A DNA stretch of 64,000 nt. Source: Amoebidium appalachense (Eukaryota; Protista; Ichthyosporea). Positions 37,891 to 51,245 of this stretch are shown here, piece by piece. The first letter of the stretch is position 1. Each line of letters opens with the position of its first letter. The DNA lies in assembly GCA_963693365.1 (NCBI GenBank), contig CAVNZM010000003.1, positions 8,662,046 through 8,726,045 of the forward strand. The letters are read 5' to 3'. A model generated the notes under the pieces. The model was not told the DNA's origin, did not search any database, and saw nothing but the letters and a program-made list of their open reading frames with translations. A program made the position numbers and the translations under genes.

Positions 37891-38515
37891 ACTTCGGGTG
37901 AGCCTCAATTAATCGCATGCATGGGTGTCTGTGAGTCTGTGCTTCTGTGTTAAATTTGTGTTCCTTTTTTGGGGTGGGTGTGTAGAAGAGGACATGCAAG
38001 CTTAAGATGTGTGCAAACGTGCATGTATTTGCATTGTATTCGGCTTTTTCAGGAAGAGAGCCAATATTTTTCGGCTTCAGCAACAGGCTTCGAGGTGACC
38101 AACACTCCCTGTCACGAGGCTCTGCTGCAATTCTTGTTGGAATGCATCATGAATTGGGCTGGCCACCCAAACAAGAATCACTGCAGATCAAGATTATAAT
38201 GGATAGTGTGATGTGATGTTTGATTGTGGGACGAAATCGATGCCAAATGGCATGGATTTTATTGACTGGATATCAACATCCTTACCTTTACATGTCATTA
38301 TAAATGTAATCAGTGACATAAGCAGTATCTTGATAATCAATTGGTCTGCCTAATTTAATTAATAAAACTCAACTGAGCTTGGGCACACTTGATGCGCGAT
38401 GGCGTATATTTTCGTGGCTGTTCGACTATCTTTGAACGTGGGAGGTGGGCTACAGAGAATTCGCTGGTGCGTGTGTACGTGCAAGTGTGTGTGCTACAGC
38501 ACACATGTTTGTGCC

Positions 38516-38555
<40 letters not shown>

Positions 38556-38586
38556 CTGCGCTTTTTGAACTGTCTAGATTCCCCCC

Positions 38587-38618
<32 letters not shown>

Positions 38619-39055
38619 ACCTCTTCCCCGCCATGTGCTCTTCAGACTGTCTAAGTCTCCCCCCCCCCCCCTCCCCCCCCCCCCTCCCCCCCCCCCCCCC
38701 TCTCCCCCCCTTCCCCACCATTTTTTACCATCCCAACCTTTGTAGTCACAAAGACACGAGGAGACATAGAAATTCAACAACATATACCATGCAATGCGGG
38801 TGGTGTTTCTTACAAGCACAATGTACCTTTTTCCTCTTGTTTTTGGAAACGAGAGTGCCAACAAGAACACAAGAACGAAAAAAGCCCCCACATTTGCACA
38901 CGAGTACCCCGCGCAAACAGGAAGATTCCCATATTCCTTCGTTTCATGTTCCCGTGCAAAAGGAAGAAGAGGTTCACTTGAACTGTCATGCAAAGAAACG
39001 TGTGTGTAGGTATGTGTGAATGTGGGCACGCCCCTCAGCATATGTGTGTGTACGT

Positions 39056-39086
<31 letters not shown>

Positions 39087-40179
39087 GGGGAGGTGGGGGG
39101 GAAGGGGGCGGGGGGGGGGGGGGGGGGGGGGGGGGAGCGGAGGGTTTTTTGCAAGACCAGCAATAGTTTCGTTTGTGCTTCTTTAATTTACTATTAGGAG
39201 GTGTGAGGTTCATAAAACTGATGGTGGACGAAGAGATGGAAGGGATATTATCATTACCCGGTGTGCACATGCTCTTGGGGTGTGTGCATGGGGTCGCCGT
39301 GCTTGCGGTACGTATGTGAAGATTCGATTGTGGGAGAAAATCCTGGTTTTTATTGGCTGGATTTTAACATCCTTACCAGCACACGCCTTTATGTAATACG
39401 TTGAATATCACTCAGTCTCCTAAATTAGTAGAATTTGGGCACATCTGCAGCGTGAGGGCGTACATTTTCGTGGCTGTTGGACTAATTTGAACGTTGGAGG
39501 TGGGCCACAGATAATTTGTTGGTGTGTGTGTACGTGCAAGTGTGTGCTACACAATACATGTGTGTTGCGTTCCCCCGGTGGGTTTTGGGGGGAGGGGGGC
39601 AGCATGTGCTTTTTGTACTGTCTAGCACACCCATCCCCATGTGCTTTTTGGACTGTCTAGGCTAAGCCCTCCCCTCCCCCCCCCCCCCCCCCCCCACCCC
39701 CTCCCCCTCTCTCCCAAAAGTGTTTTTCCCTTCCCAACCTTTGCAATCACAAATACACTCGGAACACTTAGACTCAAGTACATCATATCGTTTAAGGTGG
39801 GCTGTGCTGCTTACAAGCACAATGTACTTTCATCCTGTTTTTGGAAATGAGAGTGCTAACCAGGACACAAGTACGAAAAAAGCCTGACACCTACACACGA
39901 GTCCCCCACACAAACGGGGATATGCTAATATTCTTTCGTTTCATGTTCCCATACAAAAAAAAAAGAGGGTTCACTTTGACTGCCATCTCAAAATCATGCA
40001 ACCAAAATTTGTGTGTGTGATTTTCTGTGTGTGTGTATGCGTGCGTGTGTGGGCGTGCGCATATGTGGTGTGCATGTGTGTGTGCGTGTGCGTGCGCGTG
40101 TGGTTGTGTATTAGTGTGTGCGTGTGTGTGCATGTGTGTATGATGTGTGTGTGCGTGTGCGCCCGTGTGGTGTCGGTCT

Positions 40180-40236
<57 letters not shown>

Positions 40237-42917
40237 CGCGCGTGCGCGCGCGCGCACGCGCGCGTGTGAAGTTTCTGTGGAGATAACTTGACGCCCACCT
40301 GCATGATGGTAGTGACTGAAATGCTTAGTGCATCCTATCTTGCGGAATGAGATGGGGTGCATGTGGGTATGTAGGGTATTCATGTTGTACATATTTTGTA
40401 TGATGTTGTGGCTTGGGTTCAGTTTTTGTGCGGAAAGGAAGAAAAGGGGGGGGGGGGGGGGGGGGGGGGGGGACATCAGCTCAATGCACATGGCATTCAC
40501 CTGCGCCTCTGTATGTGCTCGCTTCTGCTGTGGTTGTGCGGAGCATTCCTAAACCGTGTGCAAATGTGCATGCATGTGCTTGTGCGTAGTTGTGGGAGAG
40601 AGAGCCTCAATGACTCACATGCCTCCGCGTCTGTGTGTGTGTTCATTTATTGTGGTTGGTTGTGTAGAAAAAGACATGCAAGTTATATAGCACTCGTGCA
40701 TGCACGCACATGTGTATGACTCGAGAGAGAGTGCTATCAATTTAAGCGGCTTCAGCAACATAATTCAGGGTGGCCATGGGTGAGAACACTCAACGAGGGC
40801 TGCATGCCTTATTAGGATGCATCAGGTATTGAGCTGGTCACCCAAACAAGGATAATTACAGATCAAAAATATGAGGACTAGTGTTTTTGGCAATTGATTG
40901 CGGGACAAAAAGGAGTCTACATTCCCGTTTTTTTTTTTTTTTTCTTCAATTGGCTAGATTCTAACACCCTTACCGTGCACACGCCATATATAAGTAATAC
41001 GTTGAATAATACATAATATAATAGTTTCGCTAATTTAATGGTGTTTGGGCACACCGATCTGGGGCATGAAGGAGGTTATTTTTGTGGCTGTTGGATTAAA
41101 TTGAACATGGGAAGTGGGCCACATGCACAGTGATTTCTTTGGTGTGTGTGTGTATACGTGTACGTATGTGCTACAGTACTACATGTATATCGGGTGCCCC
41201 ACGTGGGGGGAGGGAGGGGGGCAGCATGCACTTCTTGGGCTGTCTAAGCCCCCTCCCCCCCCCCCCCCCCCCCCCCCCGGTGATTTTTGTGCTTTTTAGA
41301 CTACCCGCCCCCCCCCGCCCTCCCCCCCTCCTCCTCCCCAGTAGTTTTTTTCTTCCCAACCTTTGCAATCACAAAGACACTCGGACACACAGATAGAATC
41401 AAGTACATATACCATTCAATGTGGGCTGTGCTGCTCACAAGCACAAAAACTCGAAAACTGCCCCATTAGGCAACTAAAAACGAGTACCTCATGCAAGCAA
41501 GAATATTTGCAGGGTGTTCCTTCGTTCCATGTTCCCAAACAAAAGAAAGAATATGGTTCACTTGTACTTTCATGTAACGAAATGCCATGTGCATAGGTGC
41601 GAGTATGTGAGCACTCACGCGGCAGTGTTCTGTGTGTTTGTGTGTGTGTGTGTGGTGGTGGTGGGGGGGGGGGGGGGGAGAGGGGGGAGGGGAAGGGCAG
41701 GGGGGGGAGGGGGGGGGGGGGGGAGGGTAGGGGAGCGGAGGGCGATGGTTAAACCAGCAAGGACGTCATTTCAGATTCTTTCAGTTGTGATGAAGAGATG
41801 CGAGATCCACAGGACATATGCATGATGGTAGACGGAGAGGCTTCATGCCACTTAGTGTGTACCTTTGGATGTGGTGCATGGGAGGGCCATGGGGTGCTTG
41901 TGGTATGTGTGTTGAAGCTTGGGTGTGTGTGTTTTTTTTACTTCTTGACAGAGTTCTCTACCTTTCATTGTTATCGTTAATCACGGGAGAGCTGGGAGGG
42001 GAGAGGGAGGGGAAGGGGGGAAGGAGGGGGAGGGGGGAAGGAGGGGGGGGGGGGGGGGGGGGGGGGGAAGGGGGGCAAGGGGGGCGGGATTAGCAAATAT
42101 TTTTGACTCATGCATATGTGCCTGTGTGTTTGTGTTCAAATTATGTGGTGTATGTGTAAAAGACGTTCCAGTTGCCTTTGCGCATGCATTTACATGTATG
42201 TATATGACTGCCCCGAGAAAGAGCTCAGTATTTTTTTTGTTTCGGGAACAAGCTTTGGGGTGGACCAAGTGAACAATAAGTTGCATGCCTTACAATATAT
42301 AGAAGGGATGCATCAGGAACTGGGCTGGCCACCCAACCAACAAGTACCACAGATCAACGTCCTAAAAATTACCATATACGTGAGATCATTGAATCTGATT
42401 GTGGGACAAAAGGAGGCTGCCAAAACGATTAAGTTTTTTTATTGACTGGATTTGCAACATCCTTACCGGCACATTCATTATGTATATATTTACTTAAACG
42501 TCGACAATCACGTAGTCTCACTAAATTTAATTTAGTAGTATTTGGAAACATAATCTTGAGCGTGAGGGCGTACACATTTCCTGGCTGTTGGACTAGTATG
42601 AACGTTGGAGGTGGGCCACAGAGAAGTCGTGGGTGCGAGTGTACGTGCACATATCTGCTACAGCACATGCGTCCCTTGCCCCACGCTTTTTTTTTGGGGG
42701 GGGGGGGGGGGGGGGGGGGGGTTGGGGGAGTGGGTGAGGGAGGAGGGAGGAGAGGGGGGAGGGGGGAGGGGGGCAGCATGCACTTTTTGGACTGTTCAGC
42801 TCCCCCCCTTCCTCCCCCCTCCCCCCTCCTCCTTTCCTTCCTCCCCCCGCCCCCCTCCCCCCCCCCCCCCCCCCCCCCCCCTCCCCGCCATGTGCTCTTT
42901 GGACCGTCTAGCTTTCT

Positions 42918-42965
<48 letters not shown>

Positions 42966-44744
42966 ACACACACTATTTTTTCCCTTCCCAACCTTTGCAA
43001 TCAAAAAGACACTCGGAGACATAGACACTCAAATGCATATATCATTCAATGTGGTCTATGGTGTTTCCAAGCACAAGGTACTTTTTTTCATTTTTTGCAT
43101 GGAAATGAGAGTGACAAGAAAGGGCACAAGAACTAAAAAAGCCCACGTAGACCCCTACAGACGAGCACCCCACACCAACCGCAATACCCGCATATTTCTC
43201 TGTTTTGTGTTCCCATGCAGAAAGAAAGACGTGGGGTTAACTTGTACTTTTACGCAGCGAACGTGTATGTAGGTTAGTGTGGGCGCACACGCCCCTGTGT
43301 ACATGGCTGTGTACATGTGTGTGTACGCGTGTATGTGTGTGTGGGGGGGAGGGGGGCACGGGGGGGGGGGGGGGGGGGGTTGCAAAACCAGCAAGGACTT
43401 CATTTGAACGGCTTTCAGTTGCTATTAGGATGTGTGAGGTCCATTAACCTAATGGTAGGCGGAGAAATGTAAGGGATCTTAATACCACCCGGTGTGTACA
43501 TGCACTTGGGGTGGTGCATGGGGTCACCGTGCTTGTGGCATGTGTTTTGTACCTTGGGTGCATGGATTTGGGGATGCTTGATAATCTTATCTGATACTAG
43601 CATTGCCTTTTTATTTTGGGGGGCAGAGCTGGGAGGTAGGGGGGAGGGGGGGGGGGGGGGGGGGTAGAAGATAAGCAAGTTTTATGCAATTGTACATGGC
43701 ATTGCATATACATGTTACATGGGTATCTCTTGAGAGAGCTAAAATTTCCGACTTTAGCAACAAGCTTTGGGGTGGCCATAAATGCAAATGGTTACCTTGG
43801 TCCAACTGTGCTGCCTCTCCACGTATAGGAAGCATCATGAGTCATTGAGCTGGCCACCGAACCAAAAATCCTGCATGGAAAAACTATGGCAGCTAGTATT
43901 ATCTGGTGTTTGATTGTGGGACAAAAAGTGCCTGCCAAAGTTTCCGGGTCTTTATTGGTTGGATTTCAACATCCTTTCCAGCACATTCATCATGTAATGG
44001 TTTAGTTAACCAATTCCCCTAAATTAGTAGTATTTGGGCACAGCTAGAGCGTGAGGGCATACATTTTTGTGGGTGTTGTATCAAGTTGATCGTGGGAGGC
44101 GGGCCACATAGAATTTGCTGGGGTGTGTGTAAGTGCAAGCGTGCAAGTGTGTGCTACAGCATACCACACGTGTATTGGGTGCGGTGTGTGTGTGTATGTG
44201 GGGGGGGGGGGGGGGGGGGGGGGGAGGAGGGGGGGGGGGGGCAGGTGCATTTTGGACTGTCTAGCCCCCATCTCCCCCTGCCCCCCCCCCCCCCCCCCCC
44301 CCCCCCGATGTTTTCTTAAAACTGCCTAACTCCCTATCCCCCCGCACCCTCCTTTGAGGGCCGCCTCTGTTCTCCTCCCTCCCCATTATTTTTTCCCTTT
44401 AACCCAGCCGATTCAATCACGAAGACACTCCGGGAGGCATAGATAGACACTCAATTACATACATGTTTATCATTCAATGTGGGCTGGGCTGCTTACAGGC
44501 ACAAAGTACCTACTTTCATCTTAAGTATGGAAACGAATGTGCCAAAGGACACAAGAGCGCAAAAAGCCCACATAGATACATACAGACCAGTGCACCACAC
44601 AAACACGAATATGAATATTCGTTCGCTTCATGTTCCCATACAAAAAGAAAGTCTTAAAAAGAGTTCAGTTTTCTTGTCATGCAACGAAGCTGTGTGTGTA
44701 GGTGTACACGTGTGTGTGTGCACACACCCGCGTTGTGTGTTGTG

Positions 44745-44823
<79 letters not shown>

Positions 44824-46002
44824 CTACCAGCACATTCATGGTGTAGTACATTGAGAAATCACCGAGTCTCCGTAATTTGGTAGTATCCCGGCAAATTTGG
44901 AGCGTGAGGGCATACATTCTTCGTGGCTATTGGTTACAAGGTACCACAGAGAATGTTTTGGTGTGTCTGTGCAACAACAGGTATGTGTTGGTTGGTGGCT
45001 GTGGGGGAAGACTCTTGGGGGAGAGAGAGGGGGGCAGGGCGCAGGGGGGGGGGAGGGGGGGGGGGGGGTGTCGAACTGGCTGCCACCCCCCCCCCCCCCC
45101 TCCCCCCCTCTTCCCCAAGTGCTCCTAACCCGGGTTGTACCCCCCTCCCCCTCCTCCTCCTCCCCCCTCCCCCCCTACCCACTTTTTTTTCCCATCCCAA
45201 CCTTTGCAATCCGGTAAGACACTTGGACAAATAGATAGAATCAAGTACACATATCATTTAAATTATGCCGCTGCGTAGCTTACAAGTACAACGTACCTTC
45301 TGTCATCTTGTTCCAGTAGAAACGAGCGGCAAACCAGGACCACAAAAACGAAAACAATCCACACAGACACCTACACAAGAGTACCCCACACAAACAGGAA
45401 TACTCCCATATTCCTTCGTTTCATGTTCCCGTGCAAAAAAAAAAACAAAAGAGTTCACGCACGGAATGCGTGTGTAGGTGTGCTTGTGTGCGCACACGCC
45501 TGTTGCGTTTGTGTGCGTGTGTGTTTGTGTGTGTGGTTGAGGGGGAAGGGGGAGGGGGGGGGGGGGGGGGTAGCGGTAGTGTTTGGGTGCGTGGGTGTGT
45601 GGGTAGGGGTTGGAAGGGGGTGAGAGGGGGAAGGGGTTGAGGTTGGGGAGGGGGGAGAGGGGGAGGGGGGAGGGGGAGGGGGAGGGTTTGAGGTTGGGGG
45701 GCAAGGGTGGGGAGGGGGGGGGGGAGGAGGGGGAGCGGAGGGGATGATGGAAAAATCAGCAAGAACTATATTATAATTATAGCTTCTTTTGTTACCTATA
45801 TAGGCATGGGGTTTACGCTGTTTACTCGAGGCAAAGAGAACCAGTCTCAGGTATGGGGGGGGGGGTTTTGCTCGGAATATCCCCTCAGCGGTATATCATG
45901 ATCACGTACATAGATGTCGGGTGGTGACTATATATCAGGGTTTACTTTCTCTACGAGACACCATAAAGACTACAAGGAGAAATCAATTAGTTGGGGTTCC
46001 CC

Positions 46003-46074
<72 letters not shown>

Positions 46075-46106
46075 GGGCTCCCCTCGGGACACTCGGTATC
46101 AGCTGG

Positions 46107-46175
<69 letters not shown>

Positions 46176-46179
46176 TGCG

Positions 46180-49100
46180 CTATAATTTTGTAGTGATGTG
46201 TTTCTCAAGCCAATCAATACATCTAATAAACAGGTCGTAGTTACGCGTGTTTAGTATAAAATCAAGGATGTTGTAATTTACAGGTAGGCTATCTTTCTGG
46301 GTGTCTGTTGTGAATGTGACGTGTGTGTGTTGCGGTATTATGTGGTCTATCAAACTACATTTGGCGATACATGACCGGTTAAACTGGTGTGTGTGTGTGT
46401 TGTTTGGGCATGCAAATGATGCCACCTTATACTTATTAGATCTCCACTGTATAGCACGTGTACAGTAAAAGCGTGGTAATTGATCAATAATACCATCAGC
46501 TAGAGAAAGACCAGTTCTACAGGAAGGTAATATGTATTTAGGTGTTATACACTTGCGAGTGCCATATTTGGCAATATGGTTGAGGCGGTCAGTATATATA
46601 AAACGAGACATAAGGCTTAGTTTTTCAAGGTGTATGCTTTCATCGGGTCTAGTGTCGTTTGGTATCTTTTTCCATTTGTTATATTGCGTGATTATCTTGT
46701 GATTGTGTACATGTTTAATAAGTAAGTGGCAGTCCAAAGTCACACACACACTATTGCGGGGTTTATTTGTATTTGTGCCCAGGGGAGAAGGGGAGAGAGA
46801 GGGGAGGAAAGAGGGGAGAGGTGAGGAGGGGACAGGTCGGATAGAGAAGAGAGGGTGGGAGGGCAAATACTTCTTTAAGCGGCTTATGTGCTTATTGAAT
46901 TTCAGCGCGAGATAGGATACTCTAGCAGCTATTGGGACCAGACCATATATCGAGAGCGTTACAGGCCCAGGTTTACAACAGTTGTTAGATAGAAAGGAGG
47001 CAACTTCTGCTTCAAGGAAATTTGCCAAGGGTTTAAGCGCTCTAGTTCTCTCTTTCTTGATCCAAGCGGCGAGAAGGGGTAAACCATATTCACATGCCGG
47101 GAAGACAAAAGTGCGAATAAATGTAAGTCTAATAGAAGGATGGAGGGGTGTGTCTTTAAAAATATTAGCCGAGAAGAAAGCTAACCGCTTACGAGCCAAC
47201 TCTACCCTCTTTTCGACCATATGGGGAAACATAACACCAACAGAATCAACCGGAACACCAAGATATTTGTATTCTGGAACTATAGGTACAGGTTTAGATG
47301 ATAATGTAAATGTGTGTAAATTGTTAGCTATATCAGGTACAAGAACACCACATTTGTCTATGTTAAGGATCATAAGGTTTGCCTTGCACCACTCTGACAC
47401 TACATCGAACAATCTTTGCAGGCGTCTAGGGGTACGGGCAAGGAGGGACAGATCATCAGCATAGAGAAGTGCAGGCGGAAAGTTATTAATAGGGTCATCG
47501 TTTTCGGCGTAAATCTTGACAGCCAAATCATCTATAAATAGGTTAAACAAAAAGGGGCTAAGCAATGAGCCCTGCAAGAGACCTCTAGTACGAGCAAAAC
47601 CATATGAAAGATGCCCATTAACCACAGCTCTACCATAGGTTTGAGACAAGAGTGCTTCTAACAGAACACCAATGCAGTGTGGTACACCCCGTGCAGCAAG
47701 CTTTTCCCATAGGAGACCAGGGGAGACAGAATCGTAAGCAGTTTTCCAATCAATAAAGCCAACATATTGTGCACCAACTTGCATAGAATCGTGCAGTGCC
47801 ATTATTTGAACATAACATGAATTGTTTTTACGAAAAGCGGATTGGCATGGGTGTATGTGAAGAATAGATTGAAACCTAGGGTGATGTGCAAATAACCTAA
47901 GTAAGCAAGCTTCAAAGAATCTACGAACAACCTGGGTTAGTGTAATGGGGCGAAAGGATGATATGGGGCCCTCAGAGTCCTTCTTAACTATGGGGATCAC
48001 TAAGGTATCTAACCAAGATGACGGGACATGTCCACATTTAACACACCAAGAAAAGAGAGAGCTTAACATGATAGTAAGATCAGGTTTAATAGCACGATCA
48101 CTTTCCTTTTGTGGGTAGGAGGGAACAAGGATTTTAAGAAACCCAGCAGGGAGTCCATCAGGTCCACAAGACTTACTAGAGCTATAACTAGATATCACAG
48201 ACCATATGGCATCGGGACTGAAAAAGGGGAGGATCGATTCTATGGGGATAGATGGGTCTACAGGCCACACAATAGGTTTCTGAGCGGGGGTCCTATCTTT
48301 AAACAGTTCCGAGAAATACTTATCAGAGTCTATGAGGGGGTCTCCAGTGGTATCACCAATAATACGAGCAGGGGGGCCAAATCGATTCATACTAGCAAGC
48401 CGGCGCAAGCTTTCCTTTTGAGACAGGGGTTCACCTAGTCTAGCGGGAGTGGTGTTTGGTAACAAGAGAGCATCGGGATATTCCTTCCTACCACCGCCAG
48501 CATAATCACCGAGATCTATCAAATCATCAACAATAAAGTTAGTGCATGTATCTAGTACGAGATGTGAATCTGGCCTGGCTTGTGCAGATTCTAATAGGCG
48601 CATATATATAGGGTGTTTCGTAGCATAGCATACACATACATCAACTCTACCCCACTGTGACTTAAGCTGGGATAGACGGAGGCGAAAGGTGGGAGGGGGA
48701 GGGGGGAGCAGATCAAGGGAGATCTTAGGTAGGAAAAGGATAGGAGAGTGGTCAGATGACCTAGAGAGGTTAGGAGGGAGAGAGAGTTTTGACATGGTTG
48801 ATGGCCAAAAGGCCACTCCCCAGTCGGTGTTGTGGGCATGGGATATTTGAGGGAACCGCAAAGTGTGACTTTGGACATACCTTGCTAAAGGGATAGCACG
48901 CTCCGGGGGCTTAGATGGGTACCCGACACTCACTTGCAGTGTGTCTGTGTGGTGGAGTCGCGTGTTAAAATCACCTAAAATAACAGTGGACATTGGTAAC
49001 TGTGACAACTCGTGAGTCAATTCGACAACCGACATAGATGGTGGGTAATATACAAAAGTAAAAACATTAGAAAGAAACTCTATAGAAACCGAGAATTCCG

Positions 49101-49373
49101 TTTTTGCTACCGGTTTGCACTTCACTCTCACGTGTGGTGCGGCAAGTACAATAATGCCTCGGTTTTTCGCGTAACCGGGGTGTGTGGATGTGTCGACCAA
49201 TGTAGAGTTGAATTTGTGGTGGTTTTTAAACTGTGTTTCGCAAATCACTGTAAACGTGTGGTTGTTTGTCTGTTGTTGTATGTAGCTGATTTTATCGTCG
49301 AGTGTCCCGGGGGGAGGCCCTTTTGGGGGCCCAGTGTCCGAGCATTCCAGAAGAAAAAGGATAAATTAGGCAT
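46180..49373 (-). CDS. LINE B ORF2: APE endonuclease + reverse transcriptase; 1-nt frameshift in the C-run at 49309-49314
   Basis: The true ATG (49373) overlaps the ORF1 stop (ATGCCTAA) and gives MPNLSFFFWNART. Motifs ICET, LGDFN, SDHSPI, RPITL, FIDWKTAYD, GLLQGSLLSPFLFNLFIDDL, YADD, YKYLG. The run is C6 here and C7 (in frame) in copy 2. Confidence 0.92.
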
Positions 49374-50550
49374 CGGTTTGGTCCGACACCTGTGGGGTTG
49401 GTTCCCACTTGTCGCTTACGGGGTCGTATGCACGACCTTCCGCCAGCGCGAACAGTTCGCAGAAGAGCTCGATTTCCATCTCGCATCGGCGTTTGCGCTC
49501 GAGCAGTTTCTCACCAGAAAACATTGGTTCCTTCGTGTCCGTGTCTATCACGCTCGTAGCATCGTTTTCCAACTTTGCGAGGAACTCTTTTGCCTTGCTG
49601 ATGCGTACACGACAACGTGTGGCGCACGCATTCTTAGCAGACACTTTACGTTCTTTGTCTGCTTTCTGAATGTTTTCCGGCGCGCATGGGTCGTAGCTTG
49701 GGAGGTGGGTGAAGAAGCTTCCACACCCCTTTGTCGCGTCACGGATGAACGCACGGTTATAGTCGCCCCGTACTGCTACTTCCAGCACATCGTATCCAAT
49801 GAAGGACAGACAAAGGATGCGAGAGCACCGGAAGCCGAGAGCCTTGAAGATGGACCACATGGCCCTGTGTGGGCGTCTGCCGTGCTTGACTTTGAAATAC
49901 ACCCTCTCGTATTTGGGTGGGATGTTGATGTTACCGTTTGCTTGGGTGTTCCCCTTAGCCGGCGGTTTGGGAGGGGAGTTGCGGCGGTACTCGTTGCCTG
50001 CAAGAATGCTGGCATATGTTTCCTTGGCAATTTGGCGGAGCTCGGGTGTTTTACGAGAGTTCGCATATTCTAGGAACTCTGCCGGGAGCTGTGCTTCCGG
50101 TCCTGTGTTGTTTTGTGTTGGGGTGGAAATGTCTCCGTCGCGAGATGTTTGCTCATGAGTTTTGGGGTTTTGCGATCCACTAATGTTTAGCTGGGCTGTG
50201 AGTGAATCAATGGTGAGCTTGAGTTGGGTATTTTCTGTTTGGAGTTTTTCTATCATGTTCTTGAGTGGTAACAGCTCATTTAGCTGTTTCTTAACGAGGG
50301 CAAGTTCTGCCAGTACTGTATCAACCGAAAGTTTCGGCATGGTTGTTATTGTGTTTCTACGGAGTGGTGTGGTGTTATTCTGAATGGGTAGTGTATTGTA
50401 AATAGGTGTTGCGCTTAGTCTAAGGCGATGTTTTTCTGGTTGTGCATCTGTGGTAGGTGTATCTGCTGGACGTTTTAATGGTCGCACATGTGTGATGGGT
50501 GTAGATGGAACTTTGAAAGAGGTTCTGAAACGATTATAGGCATGTGCCAT
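49366..50550 (-). CDS. LINE B ORF1 protein
   Basis: 394 aa; coiled coil ELALVKKQLNEL...LQTENTQLKLTIDSLTAQL; homologous C-terminal motif to LINE A ORF1. Confidence 0.88.
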   Translation of the reverse strand: MAHAYNRFRTSFKVPSTPITHVRPLKRPADTPTTDAQPEKHRLRLSATPIYNTLPIQNNTTPLRRNTITTMPKLSVDTVLAELALVKKQLNELLPLKNMIEKLQTENTQLKLTIDSLTAQLNISGSQNPKTHEQTSRDGDISTPTQNNTGPEAQLPAEFLEYANSRKTPELRQIAKETYASILAGNEYRRNSPPKPPAKGNTQANGNINIPPKYERVYFKVKHGRRPHRAMWSIFKALGFRCSRILCLSFIGYDVLEVAVRGDYNRAFIRDATKGCGSFFTHLPSYDPCAPENIQKADKERKVSAKNACATRCRVRISKAKEFLAKLENDATSVIDTDTKEPMFSGEKLLERKRRCEMEIELFCELFALAEGRAYDPVSDKWEPTPQVSDQTDA

Positions 50551-50655
50551 GACATGGATGGGGGTGTTCCCCGGCCCTTAGGGCCACGGATGGCCTGGTT
50601 TAGGGGTGGATGCGCGAAGGATACTATTTATTAGCAGATAATAAAGAGCGACATT

Positions 50656-50787
50656 TGAATCGATGTGTGCGACTGAATCGATGTGTGCGACTGAATCGAT
50701 GTGTGCGACTGAATCGATGTGTGCGACTGAATCGATGTGTGCGACTGAATCGATGTGTGCGACTGAATCGATGTGTGCGACTGAATC
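50656..50787. repeat. Perfect 18-bp tandem repeat x7.3 at the extreme 5' end of LINE B
   Basis: tgaatcgatgtgtgcgac x7 plus tgaatc, ending exactly at the TSD. Confidence 0.95.
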
Positions 50788-51078
50788 ATATAGGCATGAG
50801 GTCAACACAGTCAACCTGATGGAAACGAAAAGGCTTATGATGCCACCTGGTGTGTTCCTTTGGGTATGTGCATGGGAGGGCTATGGGGTGCTTGTGGTAT
50901 GTGTGTTGCAGCTTGGGTGTATGTTTTTGTGGCTTGGAGGTGTTGTCTATCCGAGTTCATTGATAAGGGGAGAGCTGGGAGGGAGGGAAGGGGAGAAGGG
51001 GGGGAGGGGGGGGGGGGGGTGTTGTTGGCCCAGCTTCAATAGCTTATATTCATATGTTCCCCTGTGTGTGTGTGTGCG

Positions 51079-51245
<167 letters not shown>

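Larger units (their letters stand above)
45809..50787 (-). mobile_element. Non-LTR retrotransposon family B, copy 1, full length
   Basis: 11-bp direct repeat atataggcatg at 45798-45808 and 50788-50798; removing the insert restores an array unit. Contains ORF1, ORF2, an A67 tract (46004-46070) and a 5' 18-bp array. Confidence 0.92.

Noticed and set aside
49012-50073. 353-aa plus-strand ORF (mirrored at 60873-61568)
   Set aside because: Antisense shadow of LINE B ORF1/ORF2 with no recognisable motifs.
50656-50787. CRISPR-like array
   Set aside because: Head-to-tail identical 18-mers with no spacers and no cas genes, in a eukaryotic context. The same applies to 60406-60525.
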